Shown here: piece by piece, positions 23,051 to 35,170 of the stretch
Numbering within the stretch: the stretch's first letter is position 1
Layout: the number at the start of each line of letters is the position of its first letter
DNA from: Octopus sinensis
Lineage: Eukaryota
DNA length: 64,000 nucleotides
Reading direction: 5' to 3'
Assembly (NCBI RefSeq): GCF_006345805.1
Contig: NC_043023.1
Location: 5,890,001 to 5,954,000, forward strand
The notes under the pieces: generated by a model
Seen by the model: only the letters and a program-made list of their open reading frames with translations
The model's database searches: none
What the model was told of the DNA's origin: nothing
Program-made: the position numbers and the translations under genes

Positions 23051-24562
23051 GATTGTAAGGTATTTTAAATTATTATTAAGGCCACGTTCTGAGTTCAAAT
23101 TCCACTGAGGTCGGCTTTACCTTTCCTCCTTTTGGGGTTGATAAAGAAACACCAGTTGAACACTGGGGTCGATATAAGTGAATCATCCCCTCCCCCAAAA
23201 TTATTGCCCGTGTGGCAAAATTGGAAGCCGTTATTATTATTCAGTAGTCCTATTTTCATCACATGCTATCGCTTCACAACCAAGTGCAGCTCTGTGCAGC
23301 TTGGGTATGTGTTGTGGTTTGTTGTGGTGCTCTTATTTTCACTGTAGAATATTTCTATTATTATTGCTATGCCTTGTATTGACATATTCATGATTTTAGC
23401 AGTAATGGGTTTGTCCTCTCTGCTTGTATTTTGTATACCAGATGAAAAATAAATATTTTTTAAATAGTTCTGTGTTGGTGTTTTTTTCTTCTTTTGTATT
23501 CTGTAAACAAAATTATTTTTGTGCATATATCATCATCATCATCAACACAACCACCGCCATCATATATCATCACACCAACATTATCATTAATACCACCAGT
23601 ATCATCATCATCACCTTCATAATTATCCCATAATCTATCATAGCCAATAGTTGTTGTTGACAAACAACGGCAGTAATTTTATTCAACTGAATACACGTCA
23701 TTGATTGGTTGAAATTACCAAAATACGACAACTTTAACAAGAAATAACTTCCAAAATACAAAATTTTTTCAACAACGCCAAGAGTAAAATATGTTTTATA
23801 TGACACATTCTACCAGTGTCCGAAGCTTGAAAGTGTTTAGTTACAAAAATTTTTTTAAAATCTGTTGGTCAAAAGGTAAAGATCCGTATAGGCGCAGGAG
23901 TGGCTGTGTGGTAAGTAGCTTGTTTACCAACTACATGGTTCCGGGTTCAGTCCCACTGCGTGGCACCTTGGGCAAGTGTCTTCTACTATAGCCTCGGGCC
24001 GACCAAAGCCTTGTGAGTGGATTTGGTAGACGGAAACTGAAAGAAGCCTGTCGTATATCATCATCATCATTTAGCGTCTGTTTTCCATGCTAGCATGGGT
24101 TGGACGGTTCAACTGGGGTCTGTGAAGCCGGAAGGCTTCATCAGGCCTAGTCAGATCTGGCAGTGTTTCTATGGCTGGATGCCCTTCCTAACGCCAACCA
24201 CTCCATGAGTGTAGTGGGTGCTTTTTACGTGCCACCCGCACAGGTGCCAGACAGAGCTGCCAAATGGCCACGAATGGATGGTGCTTTTTATGTGCCACCG
24301 GCACATAAATATATATGTATATATATGTATATATATATGTATATATATATATGTATGTGTGTGTATGTGTTTGTCCCCCTAGCATTGCTTGACAACCGAT
24401 GCTGGTGTGTTTCCATCCCCGTCACTTAGCAGTTCGGCATAAGAGACTGATAGAATAAGTACTGGGCTTACAAAGAATAAGTCCCGGGGTCGATTTGCTT
24501 GACTAAAAAAGTGGTGCTCCAGCATGGCCGCTGTCAAATGACTGAAACAAGTAAAAGAGAGT

Positions 24563-24840
24563 ATACCTTTCTGAATGACCAGATTAACTAAGCAGGTGAC
24601 TACACAACGGCCTACCTTACCAGATATTTTGAGCATCTCAGCTGTGATTCCAGATGGATCAGGGGATTTCCTGGTTTCCATGTCTTTAACTGCCTTATCT
24701 ATCATACTGCTGGCCACAAGGATAGCTGGTTCCTCTGTTGGGTTCACATGAGGGAGGCTCACTTTATCCCATTTATTCTCTACATTCAACAGTCTGACAT
24801 AGTAACATTTCCATGCCTCTTTCTTGTCCACGTGGATGGA
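24563..24840 (-). mobile_element. Internal RTE LINE fragment
   Basis: ENKWDKVSLPHVNPTE...PSGITAEMLKISG matches the region near 59700-59930. Confidence 0.85.
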
Positions 24841-24933
24841 TACTATTATCCGTCCACACAAACTTCTTTCCTACAATATCTCCATTGTCACCAACACAGT
24901 CTAGCAATCTAGAACAATTCAAATCTCTGATAC

Positions 24934-24994
<61 letters not shown>

Positions 24995-25614
24995 CACACA
25001 CACTTATACATATATACAAATTTATATCTTTTCTCTTTTATTTGTTTCAGTCATTTGACTGCGGCCATGCTGGAGCACTGCCTTTAATTGAGCAACTCAA
25101 CCCCAGGACTTATTCTATTTTTGTAAGCCCAGTACTTATTCTATCAGTCTCTTTTGCCGAACCGCTAAGTAACGGGGACATAAACACACCAGCATCGGTT
25201 GTCAAGCAATGCTAGGGGGACAAACACAGACACACAAACACATACACATACATATATATATATATATATACATATATACGACGGGCTTCTTTCAGTTTCC
25301 ATCTACCAAATCCACTCACAAGGCTTCGGTCGGCCCGAGGCTATAGTAGAAGACACTTGCCCAAGATGCCACGCAGTGGGACTGAACCCGGAACCATGTG
25401 GCTGGTTAGCAAGCTACTTACCACACAGCCACTCCTGCGCCTATATAGACTCCTCTATATCCATAAACGGCAAAATGTTTGTGTGTCCTTTATACAAATC
25501 CAGTTTTTCATGTTAAAGGCCCGCATTTTCTATGGTCTTTCAAAATTGTCTGAGGTGAGTCGTGAAGATCTTTTCATTTCCCCAGTCACCCCAGAAAGCC
25601 ATTAAAATAATCAA

Positions 25615-25990
25615 TAAACCGTCCCCTTATGCCCATAAGTTATGGGCATATCCATTCAAAATCACTAAAACATAGAAATTTGTACACAGTGCATGCGTAC
25701 AGCTAGATACGCCAATAGACTGCCAGCTGTTTTTTGATTGGACAGAGATAATTTTACACCTGACAGTTGGATGCACGTGCGCATTTGCAGACAATCTATA
25801 TGATTTGGCGCATTTTTGTGTTTTGCAAAGACGCGTTATTGTGTGTTTTGGCTTTCAAACATGCACGCTTTTTTGATTTGAGAAATGCAGGGAATAATTA
25901 ACAAATTAGACCAAGAGAATGGGATTTTCATGAAAGACCAAATATGCTTGACTAGCACTAGACTCGGCAATGCCAGGTCATAGTGCTAGT
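25615..25990 (-). mobile_element. Helentron/Helitron-like element, third variant
   Basis: Minus strand begins ACTAGCACTATGACCTGGCATTGCCGAG, the same terminal pattern. Confidence 0.45.
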
Positions 25991-26004
25991 ATATATATAT
26001 ATAT

Positions 26005-26509
26005 GAGGAATGACCTCCCTTTGCAAATATCATAAGGGCACAGAAAGTGTGCCTAAAGCCAGCTGGAGACGATGATCTCCTGGGGCTAAAAGCTACAGTA
26101 ACACCCACCCTTTGTGGTTAGCCATATTGAGATGGCTAGTATACTTTACGTTGTTGTGCAGTTACTGTTTACATCTCGTTCAGAGAATTATTATTGCTTT
26201 CAGACAGTTTTTCGAAATCAGTGACAGTGGTTGCTGGGAAAAACATTAAATAGATATTCGCAAACAGGTCTCTCTTCATCGAAAACCGGTGATTACCGTA
26301 CGTTGACAAGAGGCAAATTACCTAGAAACTGCAGTCCATGCGTATCACTTAGGTTTACGAGAGAGGGATGACCTCCCTTTACAAATACCATAAGGGCACA
26401 GAAAGTATGTCTAAAGCCAGCTGGAGACGATGATCTCCTGGGGCTAAAAGCTACAGTAACACCCACCCTTAGTGGTAAGCCATATTGAGATGGCTAGTAT
26501 ACTTTACGT
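26005..26509. repeat. Two 147-bp direct repeats (26005-26151, 26363-26509) flanking 211 bp, in (TA)n
   Basis: Copies differ at a handful of positions; several short hairpins within the unit. Confidence 0.9.
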
Positions 26510-29406
26510 ATATATATATATATGTACTCTTTTACTTGTTTCAGTCATTTGACTGTGGCCATGCTGGAGCACCGCCTTTAGTCGAGCAAATTGACCCCGG
26601 GACTTATTCTTTGTAAGCCCAGTACTTACACTATCGGTCTCTTTTGCTGAACCGCTAAGTGACGGGGACGTAAACACACCAGCATCAGTTGTCAAGCAAT
26701 GCTAGGGGGACAAACACTGACACACAAACACAGACACACACATATATATATATATATACATATATACGACAGGCTTCTTTCAGTTTCCGTCTACCAAATT
26801 CACTCACAAGACATTGGTCAGCCCGGGGCTATAGTAGAAGACACTTACCCAAGATGCCACGCAGTGGGACTGAACCCGGAACCATGTGGTTGGTAAACAA
26901 GCTACTTACCACACAGCCACTCCTATGCCTATATATATATATATATATATCTGTGTGTATGGAGGCAAAGTGGCTGAGTTCCTTTCAAATCTTGAGCCTC
27001 ATGAAGGCAAGGTAGCTGAGTTCATTTCAAGTGATGGACCTCATAGAGCCAAAGTGGCTGAGTCCCTGTTAAATATTGGATCTCACAGAGGCAATAACCA
27101 AGACCTTCGGCATTGTGTTGTGTATGAGAAAAAGACCCAAGACTCATCACGCTGAGCAAAATTGCAGTTATGGCAAATACCAGTGTCGTGCAAATTGGCA
27201 CTCATGAGGGTGGCACATGAATGCACCCCAGTGTCACACAAATGGCACATAAAAATACCCATTACACTGTCAGAGTGGTTGGTGTTAAGAAGGGTATCCA
27301 GCCGTAGAAAACCATGCCAAATCAGACTGGAGTCTGGTGCAGCCTTCCAGCGGTCTAAGTAAGTGAAGATTTGATTTCTGATATATTAATATTTGGCAGA
27401 AGTAACAGAGCAACCCAAGGGCCAAGAATTTCATGCGTTAGCACTTGAAAAACTAGCTACAAATCCAAGGGTTATAAATTTATATGCTGGCGATAACAGT
27501 GTTTCCCTTAACCCTTCGATTCGCAACTAGTTTGGTAAGGGCTTGACGTATGAAGCACTTGGTCCTTAAGTCATTCTGTTGCTTCTACTAAATATTAACA
27601 AATGTTTACATGGGTAAGATCCGGGGACCCAAGTGTAGGAAGTTTGTAATTATTACATCAGAGGATCAGCTAGCTAAAAAAAGACCCCATCTTGCCTGGA
27701 TTTTACCTGTTTCAGTCCCTAAACTCATGTTTTGAGTTTCTATTTTTCTTGTTTGCATTGCCAAACCTATAATAATAATAATAATAATAATAATAGTTGT
27801 TAAAACATCAGAATCTTGCCTTGGTGAACCTTACCTGTAATCTCTGAAGTTGATTAAACACAAGTACTAACGTAGTTTTATTTATTATTATTTTCTTTAT
27901 GTAAACATCTAATTCCTTTTACTCAGTTGCCAACCTTGAGTCCTAAATTAGAAGTAATTATTTTTATTGAATCTTGGCTCGTTGTGGCCAATAAGCAAAA
28001 TTAGTAGTATTAGTAGTAGTGGTAGTAGTAGTAATACTAATGCGGTGAGTTGGCAGAATCATTTGCACATTTGGACAAAAATGCTTAGTGGCATTTTCTT
28101 GTGTCTCTGTTTTGAGTTCAAATTCCACTGAGGTCAACTTTGCCTTTTATCCTTTCAGGGTCAATGAAATACATACTAGTTGAATATTGGGGGTTGATGT
28201 AATTTACTACCCCCCCCCCCGCCCTAAATTCTAGGCCTTGTCCTTAAAGTAGGCCAGTTGAGCTAATAGAATTGTTAGCACACCAGGTGGTGGGGAAATA
28301 CTTTGAGGCATTAGCTCCAGCTGTTTACATGCTGAGTTGAAATCCCACCAAGGTCAACTTATCCTTTTTGGGTTGATAAAATAAAGTGCCAGATAAGATC
28401 AGGGGTCGATGAAATCAACTTGCCCTTCCGTTCAAAATTGCTGGCCTTGTACCAAAATTAGAAAGTGCCGTTAGGAGAATGGTAAGGCAGCGGGCTGGCA
28501 GAATTGTTTGCATGTCTGCAAAATCTTAGCAGCATTTCATCCATCTTAACACTCTGGGTTCAAATTCAGCCAAGCTGGACTTTAACCATTCATCGTTGAT
28601 AAACTAAGTACCAGTTGAGTACTGGGGTTGATGTAATTGACTTAACCCCCTTTTTATGATATTTCAGGCCCCATTAGGAGAGAGGTGGATTGATTGTATC
28701 CAATGCTGCATTGCTAAAAATATTCTTTGTGGTATTTCTTCTGGTTTCATGTTCTGAGTTGAAATCCTGCCACGGTTTGCTTTGCTTCTCATCCCTTTAA
28801 AGGGTCACTGAAATAAATTACCAGTCAGGCAGTTTGGACTAGCCCTGCCCGTCACTCCTCAAAATCACCTAAACTAGAAACAGCTGTTAGGACTTAATAA
28901 TTTGAATTAACTGTTTTAGCTACAACCATCCTGGGGCACTGCTGTTATTTGCTTATTTTTTAAAAAATTTGTTTGGCAAGGGGCCCAGTGTTTTTAGGGG
29001 CTTTTAGGGTATATTTGTTTTTGTTGGAAGGATGTGCTTCAAGTATTCCCCGTTCTGCTTTTTTTGCCCTTTCACTACCACCACCACCACCATTATCATC
29101 ACCACTGTCTGGAGCAATGGGGAGTAATCAGGGGGCAGTTGTGGTATGACCTTAAATGTAGAGGTGGGGGTTGCTGGAATCGGTCAAAAGAAGCCGGTTG
29201 GCTGTTCTGGGCCCTGCAATTGTACAACCACAGGCCGTTTGCCCTCTCTCTCTCTCTCTCCTTTACGTCCAGAGGGGCTGGAACTGATCATGTTAAGAAG
29301 TAGGGCCCAGATTGTTTTGTCTGAATGTGGGAGAAGGTCAGCACCAAGTTTGTGTTCTCCATTTTCCCCTCTTCTCTTGCCACCACCAACTAATATCCAT
29401 CTCTGC

Positions 29407-29470
<64 letters not shown>

Positions 29471-30999
29471 TACAAGTGTCAAAGCTTACTGGCCAAGGGG
29501 AAGACAACTCCGTTTCTTGGGGTTATCTGCCTTGTTCTAAGAGATTATTAATATATTTATGTTGATGGTTTCTGATTTTTAAATAACAAAATTTATTATT
29601 TGATAATTATAATTATTAAATTAGAAACCATTTCATTGTTATTTTTTCTCCTAATTTTTTTTTAATCCCTCATTCTCTCTCTCTCTTGCTAATTCTGTCT
29701 GTGCGTCTTGGTCAGTGGGTCATCCATGCAGCTCCTTAATTTATGTTTTATAAAACAAGGAAAACTGACGGAAAATAAGAAAATAACAAAAAAAAAAATA
29801 TAACCAATAAAAATATTTCAACTTTATCATAATAATAATAATAATAATAACAATAATGATATGAAAATAAAACATGGATTAAAACATGTATATGACTTGA
29901 CTTCATTTGTGCTGGGGTCCATTGGGGGTCAAATCTGAGCCCTTTAGCATTGAAACTGACCATAGGTGCAGGAGTGGCTGTGTGGTAAGTAGCTTGCTTA
30001 CCAACCACATGGTTCCGGGTTCAGTCCCGCTGCATGACACCTTGGGCAAGTGTCTTCTATATAGCCTCGGGCCAGCCAAAGCCTTGTGAGTGGATTTGGT
30101 AGACGGAAACTGAAAGAAGCCCGTCGTATATATGTGTATGTTTGTGTGTCTGTATTTGTCCCTCTAGCATTGCTTGACAACTGATGCTGGTGTGTTTATG
30201 TTCCCGTCACTTAGCGGTTCGGCAAAAGAGACCGATAGAATAAGTTCTAGGCTTACAAAGTATAAGTCCCGGGGTCGAGTTGCTCGACTAAAGGCGGTGC
30301 TCCAGCATGGCCGCAGTCAACTGACTGAAGCAAGTAAAAGAGTATGTCTAGCCAAAATATTGAGCCCATTTCATGTTCAAACTGGCCACATCCAGCTTCT
30401 AGCACTTACTGTGTATGGTCATTCTAAAAATAGTCTCATCATCACCTTGGGCCTCATGGAGGCAATGACCGAGACTGCTGGCACTATGTTGTGCCTGAGA
30501 AGACCCTAGCTGAGCAAAATTGCAGTTGTGGCAGATACTGGTGTGACACAAATGGCACATAAAGACACCCATTGCACTTGGTGTTAGGAAGGGCATCCAA
30601 CCACAGAAAACCATGCCAAATCTGACTGGAGTCTGGTGCAGTCCAGTCAAACCGTCCAACCCATGCCAGCATGGACAATGGACGTGTTAAATGATGATCA
30701 TTGAAATTTTCAAAGCTACAAGATAATGCATGATAAATTCAAAACATTGTGGATAAATAAAAATTACATTTGATAGTGTGAATACTAAGGGGTCAAACTG
30801 ACCATATCTGTCCCAAATATTCTACCTGTTTTATGTTCAAATTGACCGGATCTTGCCTCTCAGACTAGTCCAGTAATGTCATTCTTAAACATCATTGAAA
30901 TCTCGAAAGTACAAGGTCATGCATGATAAATTCAAAACATTGAATAATTAAGCATTACATTTGACAATAATCTGAATGCTAAAGAGTTGAACTTGCTAT

Positions 31000-31540
31000 C
31001 ACTGGCCTGAAATGTTCAGATATGGGATAGGACCGCCTTTGGCAGTAATTACAGCTTGAATTCTATGAAAGTATGAATGGTTTTCAAAGGAATTTTTGTC
31101 CATTCTTCTGCTAAAACAGTCTCCAGTTCTTGTAGTGATGATGGCAGAGGATACCAACTCCTTACTTGTTTTTCTAAAATGCAGCGTAAATGTTCAATAA
31201 TATTGATATCTGGGGGTTGTGGTGACCAGATAAGATGTTCAACTTCACTAGAATGTTCCTCTTGCCATTCAGTAACAACTTTAGCTGTGTGAATTGGAGC
31301 ATTATCATCCTGAAAGATTGTGTTTGATCAGATGAAATGCTTAAATAGTCTTGACTATTAATTCTGCCATGAAGGGAAACGTTTGGACCAGTGGATCTCC
31401 AAGATATAGTCCCCCAGATCATTATAGATCATCCTCCATTTTTTAACAGTTGGAAGAAGGCAGTCTGGGTCAAATACCTCTTTTGGCTGTCTCCACACGT
31501 ATACTTGGCTGCAATCAGAAAGGCCATATATAAATTTCAG
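31000..31540 (-). mobile_element. Tc1-like transposase remnant (catalytic domain)
   Basis: VWRQPKE..CLLPTVK, MIWG, FQDDNAPIH, PQPPDINIIEHL in shifted frames. Confidence 0.85.
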
Positions 31541-31559
31541 TGTAGTTGGCAGAGGGGTG

Positions 31560-32368
31560 CATTTGAAAGTATTGAAGAGTTAGATTATAGATAGTCGCGG
31601 GTTTTGTTTGTTGGTGAAATAAAATGAATTGAAATAAAGGTTGAGGTGATATACGATAGATGTAGGTTAATTTGAACGGATTTAGTAAATCCAAATAGCA
31701 ATTTTTGCTATCTTTTGGAAGTTTTTAGTTGCTCATCCTATACTTGGAAGAGTGTTTACAACAATTCAAGAGTTCTGATCTTTGGTTTAAGGCATTTTTC
31801 TTGTAGAAAAGGATGAATTTCTCACTCAGTCATAAATTACACCTCATTGAACCTCTGTTCGTTCTGAGTTTGTATAGGGCTGCTTTTATTTTTTAGAAAG
31901 GACCAGTAAAGTTTGAAAGGAGATTCTCCTTCCTTTAACTGCCACACATATTTGGCTAGACTCGTTACATCTCTGGATATTTTAAGGAATTTCTGTGGGA
32001 ATATAGCCTGATTTTGAAGGAATTTTCTCTAGCACCTATGTATGTCTTATATGCACCTGTTAGTCCATTTGTACTTTGGCCCTATAGACAATTTCTTTCA
32101 CCAGACAATTTCCTTCAAAGGGACAGCAACTTTGGTCTCTGAAGTTGCATTTAGGTTCGTTATTTATTTCGGCACCGTTAACTAACATTGTGTTGGTTTG
32201 TTAAAGAGGTGAAGTTCTTACAACAAGAATAGCTGACCTTCAACGTTCTCCTGTTAAAAATTCTATGGCATATGTGGAAGTGTTTGGAAACTAGTCTTTA
32301 GAATTCTTTACTTATATTAGTTTTTATGGTGATATCGAGGGTTGGATTAAACCACAAAATTTTCCTGG
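31560..32368 (-). mobile_element. Penelope-like element fragment of a second lineage (Naiad/Chlamys-like C-terminus), decayed
   Basis: Manual translation: RKILWFNP, IFNRRTLKVSYSC, CPFEGNCLVKEIVYRA, KTYIG, LAKYVWQLK, LNQRSELLNCCKH. Confidence 0.82.
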
Positions 32369-32429
32369 TATGCGGTGCTCCAGCATGGCCACAGTCAAAT
32401 GACTGAAATAAGTAAAAGAGTAAAAAAGA

Positions 32430-32680
32430 GTAATCATTGAAATCTCAAATCTATAAGATAATGCATGATTAATACAAAACAATGTGAATAGATAAGCATT
32501 ATTTTTGACAGAATATTCTGAATGCTAAACAGTTTTAAACTGGCCAGATGTGACCCAGATATTCTACCTATTTCATATTGAAACTGGCCAGATCTGGCCT
32601 ATCACACCTACCTTACAATGTCATTGAAGTCACAAAGCTACAAGATTGTGCATAATTATCTATAAAAATTAGGAATAAAT
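32430..32680. repeat. Unclassified MITE-like repeat (aagataatgcatga..aagcattacatttgac..); related pieces at 30700-31000, 33090-33130, 63450-63520, 63930-64000
   Basis: Recurrent in the window; some ends read GGGTTAA, suggestive of TTAA-target elements. Confidence 0.5.
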
Positions 32681-33223
32681 ATAGGCGCAGGAGTGGCTGT
32701 GTGGTAAGTAGCATGCTTACCAACCACATGGTTTTGGGTTCAGTCCCACTGCGTGGCATTTTGACTTGAGTGTCTTCTACTATAGCCTTCGGCTGACCAA
32801 TGCCTTGTGAGTGGATTTGGTAAACGGAAACTGAAAGAAACCTGTGTATATATGTATGTGTGTGTATATGCTTGTGTGTCTGTGTTTGTCACCCCAACAT
32901 CGCTTGACAACCGATGCTGGTGTGTTCATATCCCCATAACTTAGCGGTTCAGCAAAAGAGACCAATAGAATAAGTACTAGGCTTACAAAGAATAGGTCCC
33001 GGGATCGATTTGCTCGACTAAAGGTGGTGCTCCAGCATGGCCGCAGTCAAATGACTGAAACAAGTAAAAGAGTAATAAAAAAAAAAGAGTAAGCATTACA
33101 TTTGACTAATCTGTAAGCTAAGGGGTTAAAAAAGATGAAGATCATGCGTCATGCATGACTGGCTAAGGGTTAGCCTCTTTGCCCTTCATCCATTGTTCTG
33201 TTGGTGTCCTTTGTTACTGTACC

Positions 33224-34189
33224 CATTTCTTTACTACCCACAATGGGCTAAACACAGAGGAGACAAACAAGAACAGACACACGGATTAAGCCGATTACAT
33301 CGACCCCAGTGCGTAACTGGTACTTATTTAATTGACCCCGAAAGGATGAAAGGCAAAGTCAAACTCGGCGGAATTTGAACTCAGAACGTAACGGCAGACG
33401 AAATACCTATTTCTTTACTACCCACAAAGGGCTGAACACAGAGGAGACAAACAAGAACAGACACACGGATTAAGCCAATTACATCGATGCCAGTGCGTAA
33501 CTGGTACTTATTTAATCGACCCCGAAAAGATGAAAGGCAAAGTCAACCTCGGCGGAATTTGAACACAGAACGTAACGGCAGACAAAATACCTATTTCTTT
33601 ACTACCCACAAAGGGCTGAACACAGAGGAGACAAACAAGAACAGACACACGGATTAAGCCGATTACATCGACCCCAGTGCGTAACTGGTACTTATTTAAT
33701 CGACCCCGAAAAGATAAAAGGCAAAGTCGACCTGGGCGGAATTGGAACTCAGAACGTAACGGCAGACGAAATACCTATTTCTTTACTACCCACAAAGGGC
33801 TGAACACAGAGGAGACAAACAAGAACAGACACACGGATTAAGCCGATTACATCGATGCCAGTGCGTAACTGGTACTTATTTAATCGACCCCGAAAAGATG
33901 AAAGGCAAAGTCAACCTCGGCGGAATTTGAACACAGAACGTAATGGCAGACAAAATACCTATTTCTTTACTACCCACAAAGGGCTGAACACAGAGGAGAC
34001 AAACAAGAACAGACACACGGATTAAGCCGATTACATCGACCCCAGTGCGTAACTGGTACTTATTTAATTGACCCCGAAAAGATGAAAGGCAAAGTCGACC
34101 TCGGCGGAATTTGAACACAGAATGTAGCTGCAGACGAAATACCGCTAAGCATTTCGCCCGGTGTGCTAACGATTCTGCCAGCTCGCCGC
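33224..34189 (-). repeat. Tandem array of five 184-bp SINE bodies plus one tRNA-like head (SINE family 2)
   Basis: Units start 33224, 33408, 33592, 33776 and 33960; head ...gccagctcgccgcc at ~34144-34189. Confidence 0.92.
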
Positions 34190-35095
34190 CTTCAGAAAGA
34201 GTACAGCAAGGATCGCCACCACCCCCTGTCAGAACCTCGTGGAGCTTTAGGTGTTTTCGCTCAATAAACACTCACAACGCCCGGTCTGGGAATCGAAACC
34301 GCGATCCTACGACCGCGAGTCCGCTGCCCTAACCACTGGGCCATTGCGCCTCCTTTGATACTGTACCACAGTACCATTATCTATAACTTGGTCACTAAGG
34401 AAACAAGAAGTTGAAGAATGGTTGCTGAGAGCAGTGCAAGCTATGTACAGAGTCATCATTTTAACAACGACAATTTATTTTATTATATTTTTCATTATTT
34501 TAAAACTTAACTAAAACAAAAGCAGCATATTTCAACAGATATATGGTAACAAAAGGGTTAAAGTGATCTAAATTAAAACCTTCTGTCAAAATTTCATAGG
34601 CGCAGGAGTGGCTGTGTGGTAAGTAGATTGCTTACCAACCACATAGTTTTGGGTTCAGTCCCACTGCGTGGCACCTTGGGAAAGTGTCTTCTACTATAGC
34701 CTCAGGACGACCAAAGCCTTGTGAGTGGATTTGGTAGATGGAAACTGAAAGAAGCCTGTTGTATATATGTATTGAGACCGCCTTCGGTCATGAATGACCA
34801 TGGGATTGAACCTACAAAGTTACCCTCTCAGGCAGAAGTCCAGGCACGGTTGTTTGAGAAAGGCCAGTAGTCGCCCATGCATACCAGCCTCCCCTCTCCA
34901 TGCCACCAGTGTTATCCAAGGGAAGGGCAAAGGGGCCGATACAGCTTGGCACCTGTGACATCACAACTCATTTTAACAGCTGAGTGAACTGTGTCTTGCT
35001 CAAGAATACAACATGCAGCCCGGTCTGGGAATCGAACTAACCTCCTCACGATTGTAAGCTTGACACTCTAACCATTGAGCCATGTGCCTTCACAG

Positions 35096-35170
<75 letters not shown>

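Noticed and set aside
33224-34143. Regular repeats that could suggest a CRISPR array
   Set aside because: 184-bp units are whole SINE bodies with no unique spacers, in a eukaryotic context.
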